Shown one piece after another: positions 1 through 11,741 of a stretch of 46,696 bases of DNA. Position 1 is the stretch's first letter. Every line of letters begins with the position of its first letter. The notes beneath the pieces were generated by a model. The model ran no database searches, was not told the origin of the DNA, and saw only the letters and a program-made list of their open reading frames with translations. The DNA is taken from NCBI RefSeq assembly GCF_001194135.2, contig NC_068990.1:32598470-32645165 (forward strand). The letters run 5' to 3'. A program made the translations under genes and the position numbers. The DNA comes from Octopus bimaculoides (taxonomy: Eukaryota).

Positions 1-240
1 CATGGGTGGAGTGTGGGTTAGGCTGAGGGTGGGGTAGAGGTAGGGATCTGTGGGTAGGGTGGGGTATGTGGGTAGGGGTGGGTGGTGGGTGTAAGGAATT
101 GGATGGGGTGGAGTGGGAAGGTAGAGTAGGAGTGTGTTGGGGTGTGGTGGGATGAGCTTATGAGGGGGTGTTGACGATGAAGGGGAAGGGGAAGGTGGAT
201 GTAAGAGAGGGGGAAGATGGGTATGGGAGGGGAGAGAAAG
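1..240 (+). repeat. G-rich/purine-rich low-complexity tract with many GGG runs (G-quadruplex potential)
   Basis: More than 12 runs of GGG/GGGG separated by short loops within 1-135, grading into GA-rich sequence. Confidence 0.75.
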
Positions 241-436
241 AGAGGAAGAGAAAGAGAGTGAGAATACATGTGCATACATATATATGTATATACATATGCA
301 TATATGGGTATAGGACATCAGAAAAACATTGAGAACATGAAATACAAAAACATGGAAAACGAACTTTTTTTGTGAACAACGAATGAAACAAATAGAAAAC
401 CAAGACAGGCAACATAAAGAACAATCCCTTCATCAG

Positions 437-586
437 TTGTCCAAAGTTTTATCTACTCCGCATTTCAAGCATTAAGACAAGATGCATCTTCATTGAAACA
501 GTTGCTCCCACAAAGCAAAATAAATAAAATTTGGGATTTGCAGAGGGTCAAAGTTGGTAACAAAAATAGGACAGTGGAAACAAATG
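437..586 (+). CDS. Possible isolated exon or decayed TE coding fragment (VQSFIYSAFQALRQDASSLKQLLPQSKINKIWDLQRVKVGNKNRTVETN)
   Basis: ccttcatcAG|...aaatg|GTaagg, 150 nt, phase 1/1, stop-free. An overlapping 56-codon ORF at 304-474 in another frame makes a frameshifted relic equally likely. Confidence 0.25.
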
Positions 587-1284
587 GTAAGGGCTGTTAA
601 GCCACAATGAGGTGAAGTGGTGAACACTGGAGAAACAAGCTTTGACAGGAGACAGACAAAAATGCATGCTATTCCTGCATTTGAACGAGAAGAAAGAAAG
701 AAATTTGAGTTAGAAGAAAGATGGCTGCTGATCATGTGTGAGCAAAAGAAGGAAGAGTGAGGGAGAGAGAGGGACAGATACAGAACGGTGAAGAGGAGGA
801 GAAGAATTAGAGAAAGGATGAGAGAGAAAAAAGGGGAGATAAAAAGAATATAGAAAGAGGAAGAGAGAGAAATAGAGATAGTGATAGAATAGTGTTGCAT
901 CAAGGAAAATAAGACAAGTTAGAAAATGCTGAAATAATTCTATCATGAAATATATTTTGTAATGGTTAGTACCAGTTTCTGTCTTTTTGACTTTTTCAAC
1001 TAAGAGTAAAACAAAGGTGAATATTAATTAAGAAGAAAAACAATTAAATTGAAGAAAAAAGTTAAATGTAATGTTTTGTAAATATTTCCCTAGTCTTCAA
1101 ATAGATGGGACATTTTCCTTTTTTCTGTATGTTGCTCTCTTTTTTTCTTTTGTAAAGGTTCATAAGGTGGGTGAGTAGTAGCAGGTATCAAAAATTGTGT
1201 TCATGGGTGCAAAGATATATTTGGTTCTGATGTTTGATGGTTTAAGCAGCAGCAGCAGAAAAAGAAGGTGAAGAAGAGGGAGGA

Positions 1285-1380
1285 GAAGAAGAAGAAGAAG
1301 AAGAAGAAGAAGAAGAAGAAGAAGAAGAAGAAGAAGAAGAAGAAGAAGAAGACGAAGAAGAAGAAGAAGAAGAAGAAGAA
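1285..1380 (+). repeat. (GAA)32 trinucleotide microsatellite
   Basis: Read directly; one GAC interruption at 1351. Confidence 0.95.
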
Positions 1381-1416
1381 TGAGAAAGTACATATGTATA
1401 CACACATGTGTATATA

Positions 1417-1795
1417 NNNNNNNNNNNNNNNNNNNNNNNNNNNNNNNNNNNNNNNNNNNNNNNNNNNNNNNNNNNNNNNNNNNNNNNNNNNNNNNNNNNN
1501 NNNNNNNNNNNNNNNNNNNNNNNNNNNNNNNNNNNNNNNNNNNNNNNNNNNNNNNNNNNNNNNNNNNNNNNNNNNNNNNNNNNNNNNNNNNNNNNNNNNN
1601 NNNNNNNNNNNNNNNNNNNNNNNNNNNNNNNNNNNNNNNNNNNNNNNNNNNNNNNNNNNNNNNNNNNNNNNNNNNNNNNNNNNNNNNNNNNNNNNNNNNN
1701 NNNNNNNNNNNNNNNNNNNNNNNNNNNNNNNNNNNNNNNNNNNNNNNNNNNNNNNNNNNNNNNNNNNNNNNNNNNNNNNNNNNNNNNNNNNNNNN
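1417..1795. other. Assembly gap (N run)
   Basis: 379 N, flanked by TA/TG microsatellite sequence. Confidence 1.
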
Positions 1796-2582
1796 ATATA
1801 TAATGTTGATGTCATAAAAATCTATAAACATTTGAAAGAACGTGAAATGATTCCTTTTGGCAATGGATCTTGAAGCACATATAAATCGATAAATAACAGA
1901 CTATAAATATTGGGTGAAAATTTCTTTTTTGGGATTAGGCAGCCTTCAATGTTTTCTATCCAAATAGGGTTTTGCAATCCAATATTTATATGCTATTATT
2001 TATCGCGTTATATGTGCTTCAAGATCCATTCCAAAAGAGGTGTGTGTGTGTGTCTGTGTGTATGTACATGCATGTGGGTATGTGTGATGTGTGCGTCTGT
2101 GTGTTCGTTTACAACTGCTGCTTGCTTATTGCAAAGTTGGGGTGTTTGCACTGTGTTCTGTTAGCATTGCCTTTGAAGTCTGTGTCATAAGAAATCCTTT
2201 ATTTGAAAACAGGTAAAGGTTAGCAAGAACAGCATCAAGCTGTAAAATGGTGCCTAAAATGAACAAATTGTACACTCATAACCAACACACCAAACTTAGA
2301 AACACTGCCAGCCCTTCCTCCTACCACTTTTCAAATCAATCCCACCCTTCTCTCTTTTAGTAACTCATGCCTCACACCAGCCTTCACACAACTGTCTCTC
2401 TTGGCTGTTCTCTTTTCCAACTCCACCTGTCTCTCTACTTCACTCAACCTCTACTTTCATTTCTTCATCTACGTTTCTGTCTTTATCTTTTAACCTGTTT
2501 GCTTCACTTTCTCTTCCACCAATCATTAATTGCATTACTTTACTACTCAGTCAAAGAAGTCTTTGACTATAACTTAAGGGGC

Positions 2583-2588
2583 TTTATT
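2583..2588 (-). promoter_or_regulatory. Candidate polyadenylation signal AATAAA of the minus-strand gene
   Basis: TTTATT on the + strand, about 190 nt downstream of the TAA stop at 2775-2777. Confidence 0.4.
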
Positions 2589-2774
2589 TTTCCACTCTTC
2601 ATCACAACCAAGCATGGTAAAGTCCTGAATATTTCTATATCTCGATTCTGTCTAATGTAAATAATGATTTTCGTCCTCTTGTCCATAATCTCAAATCATA
2701 ATCTCTGATCATGAAAATATTAACTATGTATTAGTATCTGTGACAGTTAATTTTCCACGTTAAAATGGTAGAAG

Positions 2775-2856
2775 TTATGCAACAGGGCCTATGATTCCTA
2801 AAGGATTGAAGTATGAAGAAAGAGCAAATGGATCATTATAAGAAATGTTAACCTGT
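2775..2856 (-). CDS. Terminal coding exon of an unidentified gene (QVNISYNDPFALSSYFNPLGIIGPVA*)
   Basis: Acceptor ctaattacctttgccAG. The phase-2 start matches the phase-2 end of exon 3069-2990 across a 133-nt GT-AG intron. Open to TAA. Confidence 0.65.
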
Positions 2857-2989
2857 CTGGCAAAGGTAATTAGATTAACAGTTTATTGCTTAAAATTCAG
2901 TCAGGGACACATTATCTTATCGATTGACCATCTTTTTGTCTGTTATTCAACAAATGGTTATTAAATATCAACCCTCATGTTCTGCTTAC

Positions 2990-3069
2990 TTTAATTTATC
3001 TTTATAGGCATTGGAATTAAACAAATAGACAGAGCAGCCAATATCCCTCACAGCACACCGTATCAGCAT
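2990..3069 (-). CDS. Internal coding exon of the unidentified gene (MLIRCAVRDIGCSVYLFNSNAYKDKLK)
   Basis: Strong acceptor ttttactttttaAG, donor aa|GTAAGC, 80 nt, phase 0 to 2. Only this frame is open, and it fits both neighbouring exons. Confidence 0.7.
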
Positions 3070-3804
3070 CTTAAAAAGTAAAATATAATATAGTCCTAGA
3101 TACATGAAGATTAAAGCAGTTGGTATGGTCTTAGAACATCTTTGGTCATAAGTGTGTTCATTAATGGCTAACCTGTGGTTAAACAACTACAAGAACATTA
3201 TTGTGAGAGAGAGAGAGAGAGAGAGAAATACTGAAGAGTATTTGGTCTGATGTTGTCTTCTCTAAATTCCTATTGGTAGTTGTTGTTGCCATAACCAGTG
3301 TTACATATGTAAGTTGTTGTTTTGCCATAGATCAGCCCTCAATGATCAAACCTTGTAGCCATGATCATTCTATTCTTTTGATATATCTAAGGACGACCTC
3401 ATTCAATATATTCTTCCATTTTATGATAGTAGAATTAAATGATTTGAAGATTTGGTTGTATTTCAAGCAAATGAAGAAACCACTATAAAATTCCTTTGTT
3501 AGCTTCTGTAATCAGAAACACTACATCTTCAGCAAATTCAAAACTAACTTAATTAGTTATCATTATTGTTATATAACCCTGATTGGACATACTAAATGTG
3601 ATGAAGTGATATAGATGGAAACTGGTTCATTTTGAGCCAGAGTTTGTTGTTTAATATTCAACATGTTAATGGTATTATCGAATACTTTGCAGTCAATTTT
3701 ACTGCTTATCCCTTCATGGTTAATTAGTATTAATGAACTGACTTTGATTGAATCAACTGTACAATTATTGCTCTGGCATCAAGGTAAATCAGTATTAATA
3801 GTAT

Positions 3805-3960
3805 GGTGAGTGTTGGATTGGTAGAGAATCAGACAAATTGCCTTGTGATGGTTACAACCCTTCACTTTCCTAGTTCAAACTCTGCCAAGATTAATTTGAT
3901 CAATCATCCTTTCAAAGTGATGAAATAAAGTTCCACTCAAATACTGGATCAATATAATCA
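3805..3960 (+). mobile_element. Old degenerate copy of SINE family A
   Basis: Recognisable ggtgag...gttcaaactctgcc...catcctttc...ataaagt remnants of the family seen at 6301, 30158 and 46104. Confidence 0.5.
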
Positions 3961-5513
3961 TGTTTAGTTCATGGTTGGATTAAGACCTATAGAGGTACTA
4001 AGTACTTAAAAAATTTTGGTACCTCCATAATTCAAATTATAAAGAATAACAAAGCATAAAATATATTTTAATTTTACATCAAAATGAAAGAAGACTAACA
4101 GTAAGATGGAAAATAATGTTCATTTTTGTATACCTCCACTTTATTTATATTTGGAAATTTTCTCCTACTTTTTTAATTACAAAGTCTTTAATCAGGTCCT
4201 TACTATGATACCGTGAACACCATAAAACTGTTTACATTTCTGTGGTGCCCTACTTCCCTTAATACCTTTAGCACATTGCTTATTTTGTTTAACTGTTAAT
4301 CCAGCACTGGCTTAGGCCTCCTTCAAAACAATTTTTGATCTTATGTGTATATTAGAAAGCAATATTTAAGAATGCTAATTGCTAACTACTTGAAGTAACA
4401 TGGTGACATTGTGACCATATTTAGGTGAGATCCCAATGCAATCATCAGTAAACTTCTTAGACAAAGATGCATAAGAAAGTAATACAATTTTTATTTGCAT
4501 TATTTATTGACTCAACCCTTTATATACGGGGGTAAGTCAAAAACTAATGCATCTGACAAGCAGCTGATGTATCACAGACTCAAATCCTAATACTTCATTG
4601 TAAAATTGAACATTTGCAACAAAATGCTAAATGATTCACCTGACTGTTATTAGTGATTTGGTAACAGATTATCTTTTAATGTGACCCAAATTACACAGAT
4701 AGATTTGGTTTTGAATTATTTCCTGTCTGTTTCGTACAAAGAACCCAAACCTGACCACTGAGTCATTAAACAGACTTGTTGCACCAGTTTTAATTTCTTT
4801 CTTTTCACTTCATTATATTTCATTTCCTCTGTAAAACTTAAACCTGCCACTTCAGTAAATCAAACTATAATCATTGTTACCATAATCACTAAAGTTATTA
4901 TTATTATCATCATCTTTATCTGATGTTAATTCTTTATTTTATACACACACACACACGCACACATTTCATAAAACTGTCAAGGAATATCTGTTTGTACAAC
5001 TGAAGAAAAATGGCAGAACATAAAAGGATTCGAGGTGCACAGTTTCAGTTTGTTGTTATTTTTCAAACAAATGCCAACTTTCTGCCACTTGGAAATTTTA
5101 TTTATTTTATATCATTTCTGCTTTTTTCTTTTTTTTTTCTTTTCTATTTTTTTACTGTCAGTTAAATTAAATATTCTCTTTGAAAATTTTTTTTCTGTTG
5201 TGTCTGGAATCCTTCAGTCTGCTATAAATCAAAATCTTTGTCTGATATCCCATGATTGTAGTATTTGTTTGTCAATTTCTCTGTTTGTTGTTGTTGCTGT
5301 TGTTTTCACTACAAGACTTCCCACTGTAATGTTAGATTTATAACTATTGTTCTTGTTGCTTTTATGGCAGTGAATTGACTAGAACTGTGTGTGGAATATT
5401 TATTTCATTTTATAAGAAGAGAAAGGTAACAATGGCCTGGAAGTAAAGACTAATAACTAAAAGAGACTTCAGCAGATAACACATATGTGACCAGTACTGA
5501 TGTCCTTCACTAA

Positions 5514-5562
<49 letters not shown>

Positions 5563-5687
5563 GCTCACACACATACATAATGTTTCTCTGATATATATTT
5601 ACATGTGTGTGCATGCCTATTTATGAATGCTTACAAAACTATGCCAAGCTTTGGGGAAGGACGAAGATGTTACTGTTTGTAGCTCAC

Positions 5688-5797
5688 CTCACCTATAAGT
5701 GGTGATGTTATCATTTGTGATTGTGCCGCAAATGGTGGAAGTTTGATGACATTTTCTGTCCACAAACATAATCCACTATCACTGCTTTTAGATTCAA
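5688..5797 (-). CDS. Internal coding exon of the unidentified gene (ESKSSDSGLCLWTENVIKLPPFAAQSQMITSPLIGE)
   Basis: Strong acceptor ttttttttattattccAG, donor gag|GTGAGC, 110 nt, phase 1 to 0. Splices in frame to 3069-2990. Confidence 0.7.
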
Positions 5798-5933
5798 CTG
5801 GAATAATAAAAAAACTACTTCAGTTGATAAACAGATAAAAATTGATTACAGAAAGTGTATCTGACAGTAAAAAATCTTGCCTCAACATTGACTTCTGTTT
5901 AAGCCAGGCTAGCATGGGAAAACAGACATTTAA

Positions 5934-6161
5934 CCTCTTGCAGATGGGGAGTGGTACTGACCATATCGAAATACTGTGTGTGAGCATGCAATATCTCACT
6001 CTGTGTGGTACCATGTTTTCTAATATACCACACTGAGAAGACTCTGTAAATACTCTGTAAATACTCTGTAAAATTCCTTATATGGAAAATTATGTACTTA
6101 CTGAATGGCCTAATACCAGTACACAGCACAGACTGTCAGTACTAAATCCATCTGCAAGGGG
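5934..6161. mobile_element. piggyBac-type MITE (228 bp) with TTAA target-site duplication
   Basis: TTAA at 5930-5933 and 6162-6165. Terminal inverted repeats cctcttgcagatgg...gtactgac and ccccttgcagatgg...gtactgac. Internal 11-bp tandem (tactctgtaaa) x3. Confidence 0.8.
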
Positions 6162-6300
6162 TTAATTAAATGAACAATTAAACAAAAACGTATACACTTT
6201 TATCTGAAAGAGTTTTCACAGTTTTCATCAACCAAGTTTTCTTCACAAGGATTTGGCCAGCTTGAGGCTATGATAGAAGACACTTGATAATTTATAGTAG

Positions 6301-6512
6301 GGTGGTGAGCTGGCAGGATTGTTAGCATGCCACGTGAAATGCTCAGCGGTATTTCGTCTGCTGTTAGGTTTTGAGTTTGAATTCCACCAAGGGCAACTTT
6401 GCCTTTCATCCTTTTGGGGTTGATAAAATTAGTACCAGTTTCATACTGGGGTCGATGTAATTGACTTAATCCCTTCTCCCATAATTTGAGGCCTTGTACT
6501 TTCATTAGAAAA
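6301..6512 (+). mobile_element. tRNA-derived SINE, family A
   Basis: Head ggtgagctggcagg, B-box-like gagtttgaattcc, core actttgcctttcatccttttggggttgataaaattagtaccagt. Matches many other copies in the window. Confidence 0.9.
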
Positions 6513-7098
6513 GATTTATTAAAGTTGAAAAAGTGTGACACACTGACATTCACATTTATTATATTAGACATGTTTAATTTGGAGGAAACTTTATTTCAGT
6601 TAAAGTGTATTTTATATATATGTGTGTGTGTATTAAAGAAAGCAAAATACAAAGCAAAAATTATAGTGTTCAGTATGTTGGCGACAGGAATTTCTGTCAA
6701 AGGGACATAGTTAAACAAAGTTGTACATCATCTCCCTCTTTCTCTCACATATCCACTCTTTCGCTCTCTCTTTTATTATTACTCCTACTGCCACCATCAA
6801 CACTACTACTTTTAATAAAATATCATCAACTCTCCCTAAATTTCTTTGTCTCTCTTTCTTTCCCCCTCTTTTTCTTTCTCTCTCTCTCTCTGTCTTCCCC
6901 ATCACCATCTCTATGCCTGCTATTACTCTCACCCCATCATGAGGAATAGTAAGAGTGTCACTGAATAGTGAGAAAGGGGGTCTAAGTGTGACACACCGAC
7001 ACACAGAAATTAGTTTTCACATTTATTATATAAGAAACAATGTTTATCTTGAAATGACAAGATCATTTTCCAATGAACGTTTTCTAAAATTTGCATAC

Positions 7099-7154
7099 AA
7101 ATCCAAAAACTTTCTTGAAAAATGCATGAACAAAACATTTGGTTCTGAAGTAAT
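7099..7154 (-). CDS. Tentative upstream exon of the unidentified gene (LLQNQMFCSCIFQESFWI)
   Basis: Acceptor atgttctgtgttttgccccaAG, donor t|GTATGC, 56 nt, phase 2 to 1, compatible with exon 5797. The other frames are also partly open. Confidence 0.3.
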
Positions 7155-8412
7155 CTTGGGGCAAAACACAGAACATTAAAAAATATGTAGATTTAAATAC
7201 TATGGAAGATAAAAAAATGTTTTATTCTTTATTTCACATTTAAATTTGTTTATATTTATAAATTATTCAGATATTTTGCTTTATACACTGGACTGTTAAT
7301 TTATATAATGTTTGAAATATACTACCACATAGACATATACACATACTTATATAAACTTCTGCTTTCAAATGACTTCATTTGGTAGAATAGGCCATATGCA
7401 AATAAAAAGGATAGGAGGTTTCCCATCTGGTTGTCTTATGCCTTTACCAAATGAAAAGCCAAATTTTAGCAACCAGACTAGTCTGGGTGTCTTGGATAGT
7501 TTGTTTCTCTCTGTGTGCATGTGTATAAAATTTAAACAGACAAGTGCATTATATGTCTCACTTGAATGTTTCACTAAGACATTTTCTTGTGATGTAACAT
7601 AGCACATTCAGTTATCTAAAACATGCAACATTTATAAGATCTTAGAGATGTTGCATGTCATATATAACTGAATCTAAGATGTTGCATCACAATAAAATGT
7701 CTAAATGAAACAATGTAGCAGACCACATAATCCATTCATCTATTTTTATTATATTATGCTTAGAACTGAACCATGCTTAAAATTCCACTCTATTTTGGAT
7801 ACTCTTGGATTTGCATATTACAAAAACACTTCAATGATGAACTTTACACTAATTAAATAAATTGTTTGTCTGATGATCGGTGTCATATTGTCTAATCCTT
7901 TAGTGGGCTTAACTTTGAAATACCTCAATCTTTAAATAAATCCCTTCATTCTATATACACATCATTTTCACTTATGCTATTGTGGTGTGGGCTAAATGAG
8001 ATTTATTGAGGTGGTATTCTGTGGTTGGATGATCTTCCTGCCACTAATCCTTTCCTGTTTATAAAATAAGGAATTGTTTTATCCCATGTTCTCACAAGAC
8101 ACAGAGCCACAGAATGAGCTGTTTAAATGTGCTGTTTCTAAACACATCATTTTTTTTTTAAAGTAAAAATGTCCCCCACCCCCGCCATATATATATATAT
8201 ATATGTATGTATGTATTCAGCATGTGCTGTTGGTGATGTTGTTTCCTTCTTTGAACTTTTCTATTTCTCTTTTCCGACAAAGAGCTATGCATCAAATGTC
8301 AAAAACTCTCTCTTTTTACTGAACGTCAAACTAATACATTCCTTGTGCACATCCTCTTGTTGTCTGTTAATTTTATTAATCATTTATTTGAATTGACTAT
8401 ATGTGTGTGTAT

Positions 8413-8908
8413 NNNNNNNNNNNNNNNNNNNNNNNNNNNNNNNNNNNNNNNNNNNNNNNNNNNNNNNNNNNNNNNNNNNNNNNNNNNNNNNNNNNNNNNN
8501 NNNNNNNNNNNNNNNNNNNNNNNNNNNNNNNNNNNNNNNNNNNNNNNNNNNNNNNNNNNNNNNNNNNNNNNNNNNNNNNNNNNNNNNNNNNNNNNNNNNN
8601 NNNNNNNNNNNNNNNNNNNNNNNNNNNNNNNNNNNNNNNNNNNNNNNNNNNNNNNNNNNNNNNNNNNNNNNNNNNNNNNNNNNNNNNNNNNNNNNNNNNN
8701 NNNNNNNNNNNNNNNNNNNNNNNNNNNNNNNNNNNNNNNNNNNNNNNNNNNNNNNNNNNNNNNNNNNNNNNNNNNNNNNNNNNNNNNNNNNNNNNNNNNN
8801 NNNNNNNNNNNNNNNNNNNNNNNNNNNNNNNNNNNNNNNNNNNNNNNNNNNNNNNNNNNNNNNNNNNNNNNNNNNNNNNNNNNNNNNNNNNNNNNNNNNN
8901 NNNNNNNN
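8413..8908. other. Assembly gap (N run)
   Basis: 496 N between (TG)n and (TA)n. Confidence 1.
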
Positions 8909-9859
8909 ATATATATATATATATATATATAAAATAAGGTTCAATACAGTTTCTATTTACCAATTCCAAGATGCCCCTTAATTCAATTTTTGAGTGAATA
9001 ATCAATCTACTCATTCAGATCTGTTCTTGGTGTGATCTTCCTGTCATTTATCTATATACAATGTTTCTTGAATTAAACAACCCCATGTATTTGTTTTTAT
9101 TATAATAAATATCAAATAAGATAGTTTTTGCAGGCATTTCTACTTGGTTGAATGTCCAAGGAGATCTCCCTTCATTGGCTTGTTAATATTTCTGTTTGTC
9201 AATATATGTCTATAGATATGTTGATCTGTCGATATATTGATATGTGCATCGATATCTGTCAATCTGTTCATATATTGATAGGTATTTTGATTATCTATCA
9301 ACACAATAATTATCTACCTGACTATCAGTTATTATATCAATATCTGGATATTTATCAATTGACAGTTTTCTAGATATTCATCAATATTAATAAATTTTTG
9401 TCTATAAATATATCAATATCTCTATAATTTTTATTTAACTTTCTGTCAATGACTATATATCTTAATATTTATCAATATAATGATATCTTATTTAATTATC
9501 CTATCAGTTCATGTGTTGATATACCAATATCTTTTATTCCAAAAGTCTCCACCTCCAAACATTGCTGCATTTCTCTATGGTAATGGTTTGGTATCATTAC
9601 AAACTTCTCACAATTTTAGACTTGGATTTTGAATTTTGCAGTTTCCTATTTTTGCGTATCCATATCATTTGTATGTTTTGTGAATTTGTAATTTTGCATT
9701 CCAAATGCCGGGTCTCTGAATTCTGTATTTAACATATTTAAACTATTGAATATTTCTTACATAAGTATAAAACCACCATCCACTACACACACATACATAT
9801 ATATACAGACAGGTGCACACAGACACACACTCACACACACACACAAGTTTTCATCCAAA

Positions 9860-10140
9860 ATATTATCCTTTATTTTTACTTCTTTCAGTTATTGGACTGA
9901 AGGGTTTAGCCAAACAAATCGACTCTAATATTTATTCAACTGATTCCTTTCTCCAAACTGCTAAGTCACGGGAACATAAATAAACCAACATCAATTGTCA
10001 AGTGATGATCAGGGGACAAATACAAAGACAAACATGCAGCAGGTTTCCACACGGTTTCCATCCACCAAATCAATTCACAAGACTTTGGTCAGCCTGGAGT
10101 TATAAAAGAAGACACTTATTCAAAGTGTCCAGCAGTGGGA
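9860..10140 (-). mobile_element. SINE family B (CORE-like), diverged copy
   Basis: Reverse-complement similarity to the tail and head of the full copy at 39316-39722 (gtttccatccaccaaatc...cacaagactttggtcagcc). Confidence 0.8.
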
Positions 10141-10292
10141 GATGAAAGGTGCCATAAACTGAGGTAACTATGGTAGTGACAAAGTGCCAGAACATGTACT
10201 CATGGTGACATGTTGAAGAAGGCAAACAGTAGAAAGCTTGAAGACAAGAGAATTACCAAGAGTGCATAAGGTTACAAGAGAGGGAGAGATGG

Positions 10293-10342
<50 letters not shown>

Positions 10343-10349
10343 ATAAAGT

Positions 10350-10683
10350 GAGGGTGCCTGGCTCAGTGGCTAGAGCATCATGTTCACAATCATGTGGTAG
10401 TGAGTTTGATTCCCAGACGGGGCTGTGTGTTGTGTTCTTGAGCAAGACACTTTATTTCATGTTGCTCCAGTTCTCTTAGCTGTAGAAATCAGTTGTGATG
10501 TCACTGGTGCCAAGCTGTATCGTCTTTTGCCTTTCTCTTGGATAACATTGGTAGTGTGGAGAGGGGAGGCTGGTATGCACAGGTGACTGCTGGTCTTGCA
10601 TAGACAGCCTTGCCCAGACTTGTGCCTTGGAGAGTAACTTTCTAGGTGTAATCCCATGGTCATTCATGACCGAAGGGGTTCTT
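10350..10683 (+). mobile_element. tRNA-derived CORE-like SINE, family C, near full length
   Basis: A box tggctcagtggctag, B box gagtttgattccc, CORE-like cttgagcaagacactttatttc. Flanked by (TG)n and (TA)n tracts. Confidence 0.75.
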
Positions 10684-10686
10684 GAG

Positions 10687-10739
<53 letters not shown>

Positions 10740-10762
10740 TGTGTATATGTATATATAAATAT

Positions 10763-10830
10763 ATATATTTATTAATTTATATAAGGGCATTCATGTATAG
10801 AGATGCCCTTATATAAATTAATAAATATAT
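10763..10830. repeat. Perfect 28-bp inverted repeat with 12-nt loop
   Basis: atatatttattaatttatataagggcat (10763-10790) is the exact reverse complement of 10803-10830. Confidence 0.95.
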
Positions 10831-10995
10831 TTATAGAGAATAAATGATGGATTTTTCCCTTATGAGGTTTTTTCATGCTAACTACTTGATAAATTCTTAC
10901 AAAGACTTTATCCTATTATTGAATTATATACACACACACACACATATACATATATATATAAATAGATATATATCTATATGTCTAGGTATATATAC

Positions 10996-11036
<41 letters not shown>

Positions 11037-11088
11037 AATTTATATCTATATGTACATAAGTATGTATGTATGTATGCATATATATATA

Positions 11089-11098
11089 NNNNNNNNNN
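11089..11098. other. Assembly gap (10 N)
   Basis: Lies within a TA/TG microsatellite block. Confidence 1.
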
Positions 11099-11359
11099 AT
11101 GTGTGTGTGTGTGCATATATATATATATATATACACACATGTAAAACTGCCCTCTGTCGATATATTGATGTCATTCATTGCCAATGTGGTTTTAAACTGA
11201 TATTTATATTGTTATACCAATATTTACTAATCTATTAGAATAAATATTGATATTTGGTAGAATAAGCTAGAAATTTATTTTAAAGAATTTATCTGTTTGC
11301 TTTAACTACCAGAATAGTTTAGATATATCCGCAATACACTTTTACCAAATACATCAGAA

Positions 11360-11393
<34 letters not shown>

Positions 11394-11741
11394 TTATAGC
11401 AAAGCTAATTCATCTCTGAAGTTGTTTAGTATCTATCTCTAGCGATGGTCTCAGTCTGACTCTGATTATAGTCTCAGCCAACCATTATAAAATTTACAAG
11501 TATTATGTTTGATCCCAATGTTCCAATACTATATTATTTAGACCCCGTGTAATCTGTGATCAACCTCCTTAGATCTATGTTGAGCATTATAATAAATTGT
11601 GTAATATTTCATCTGTGAAATCAAACCCATTCAGCACAAATTTGACCCCTTAATTCTATGTACTTCCTACCAGTGTATTTCTTCTGTCAGATTCCTCCTG
11701 TTCCATCAAATGTCAGAGATTTCCCTCTTAAGAATATATAA

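Noticed and set aside
1160-1873. Long ORFs of 130-223 aa here and at 8345-9014, 14154-14751, 34317-34836 and 43752-44375
   Set aside because: They are read-throughs of N gaps and microsatellites (poly-K/L/F, X runs).
3008-3085. Plus-strand peptide GIKQIDRAANIPHSTPYQHLKK resembling a pipsqueak/Tc1 helix-turn-helix
   Set aside because: It is the antisense of the well-supported minus-strand exon 3069-2990, ends in a stop, and has no accompanying transposase sequence.
6102-6151. Constitutive coding exon DGFSTDSLCCVLVLGHS
   Set aside because: Its phase is incompatible with exon 5797, and it lies inside a TTAA-flanked MITE whose TIR supplies the acceptor. Kept only as a possible cryptic exon.
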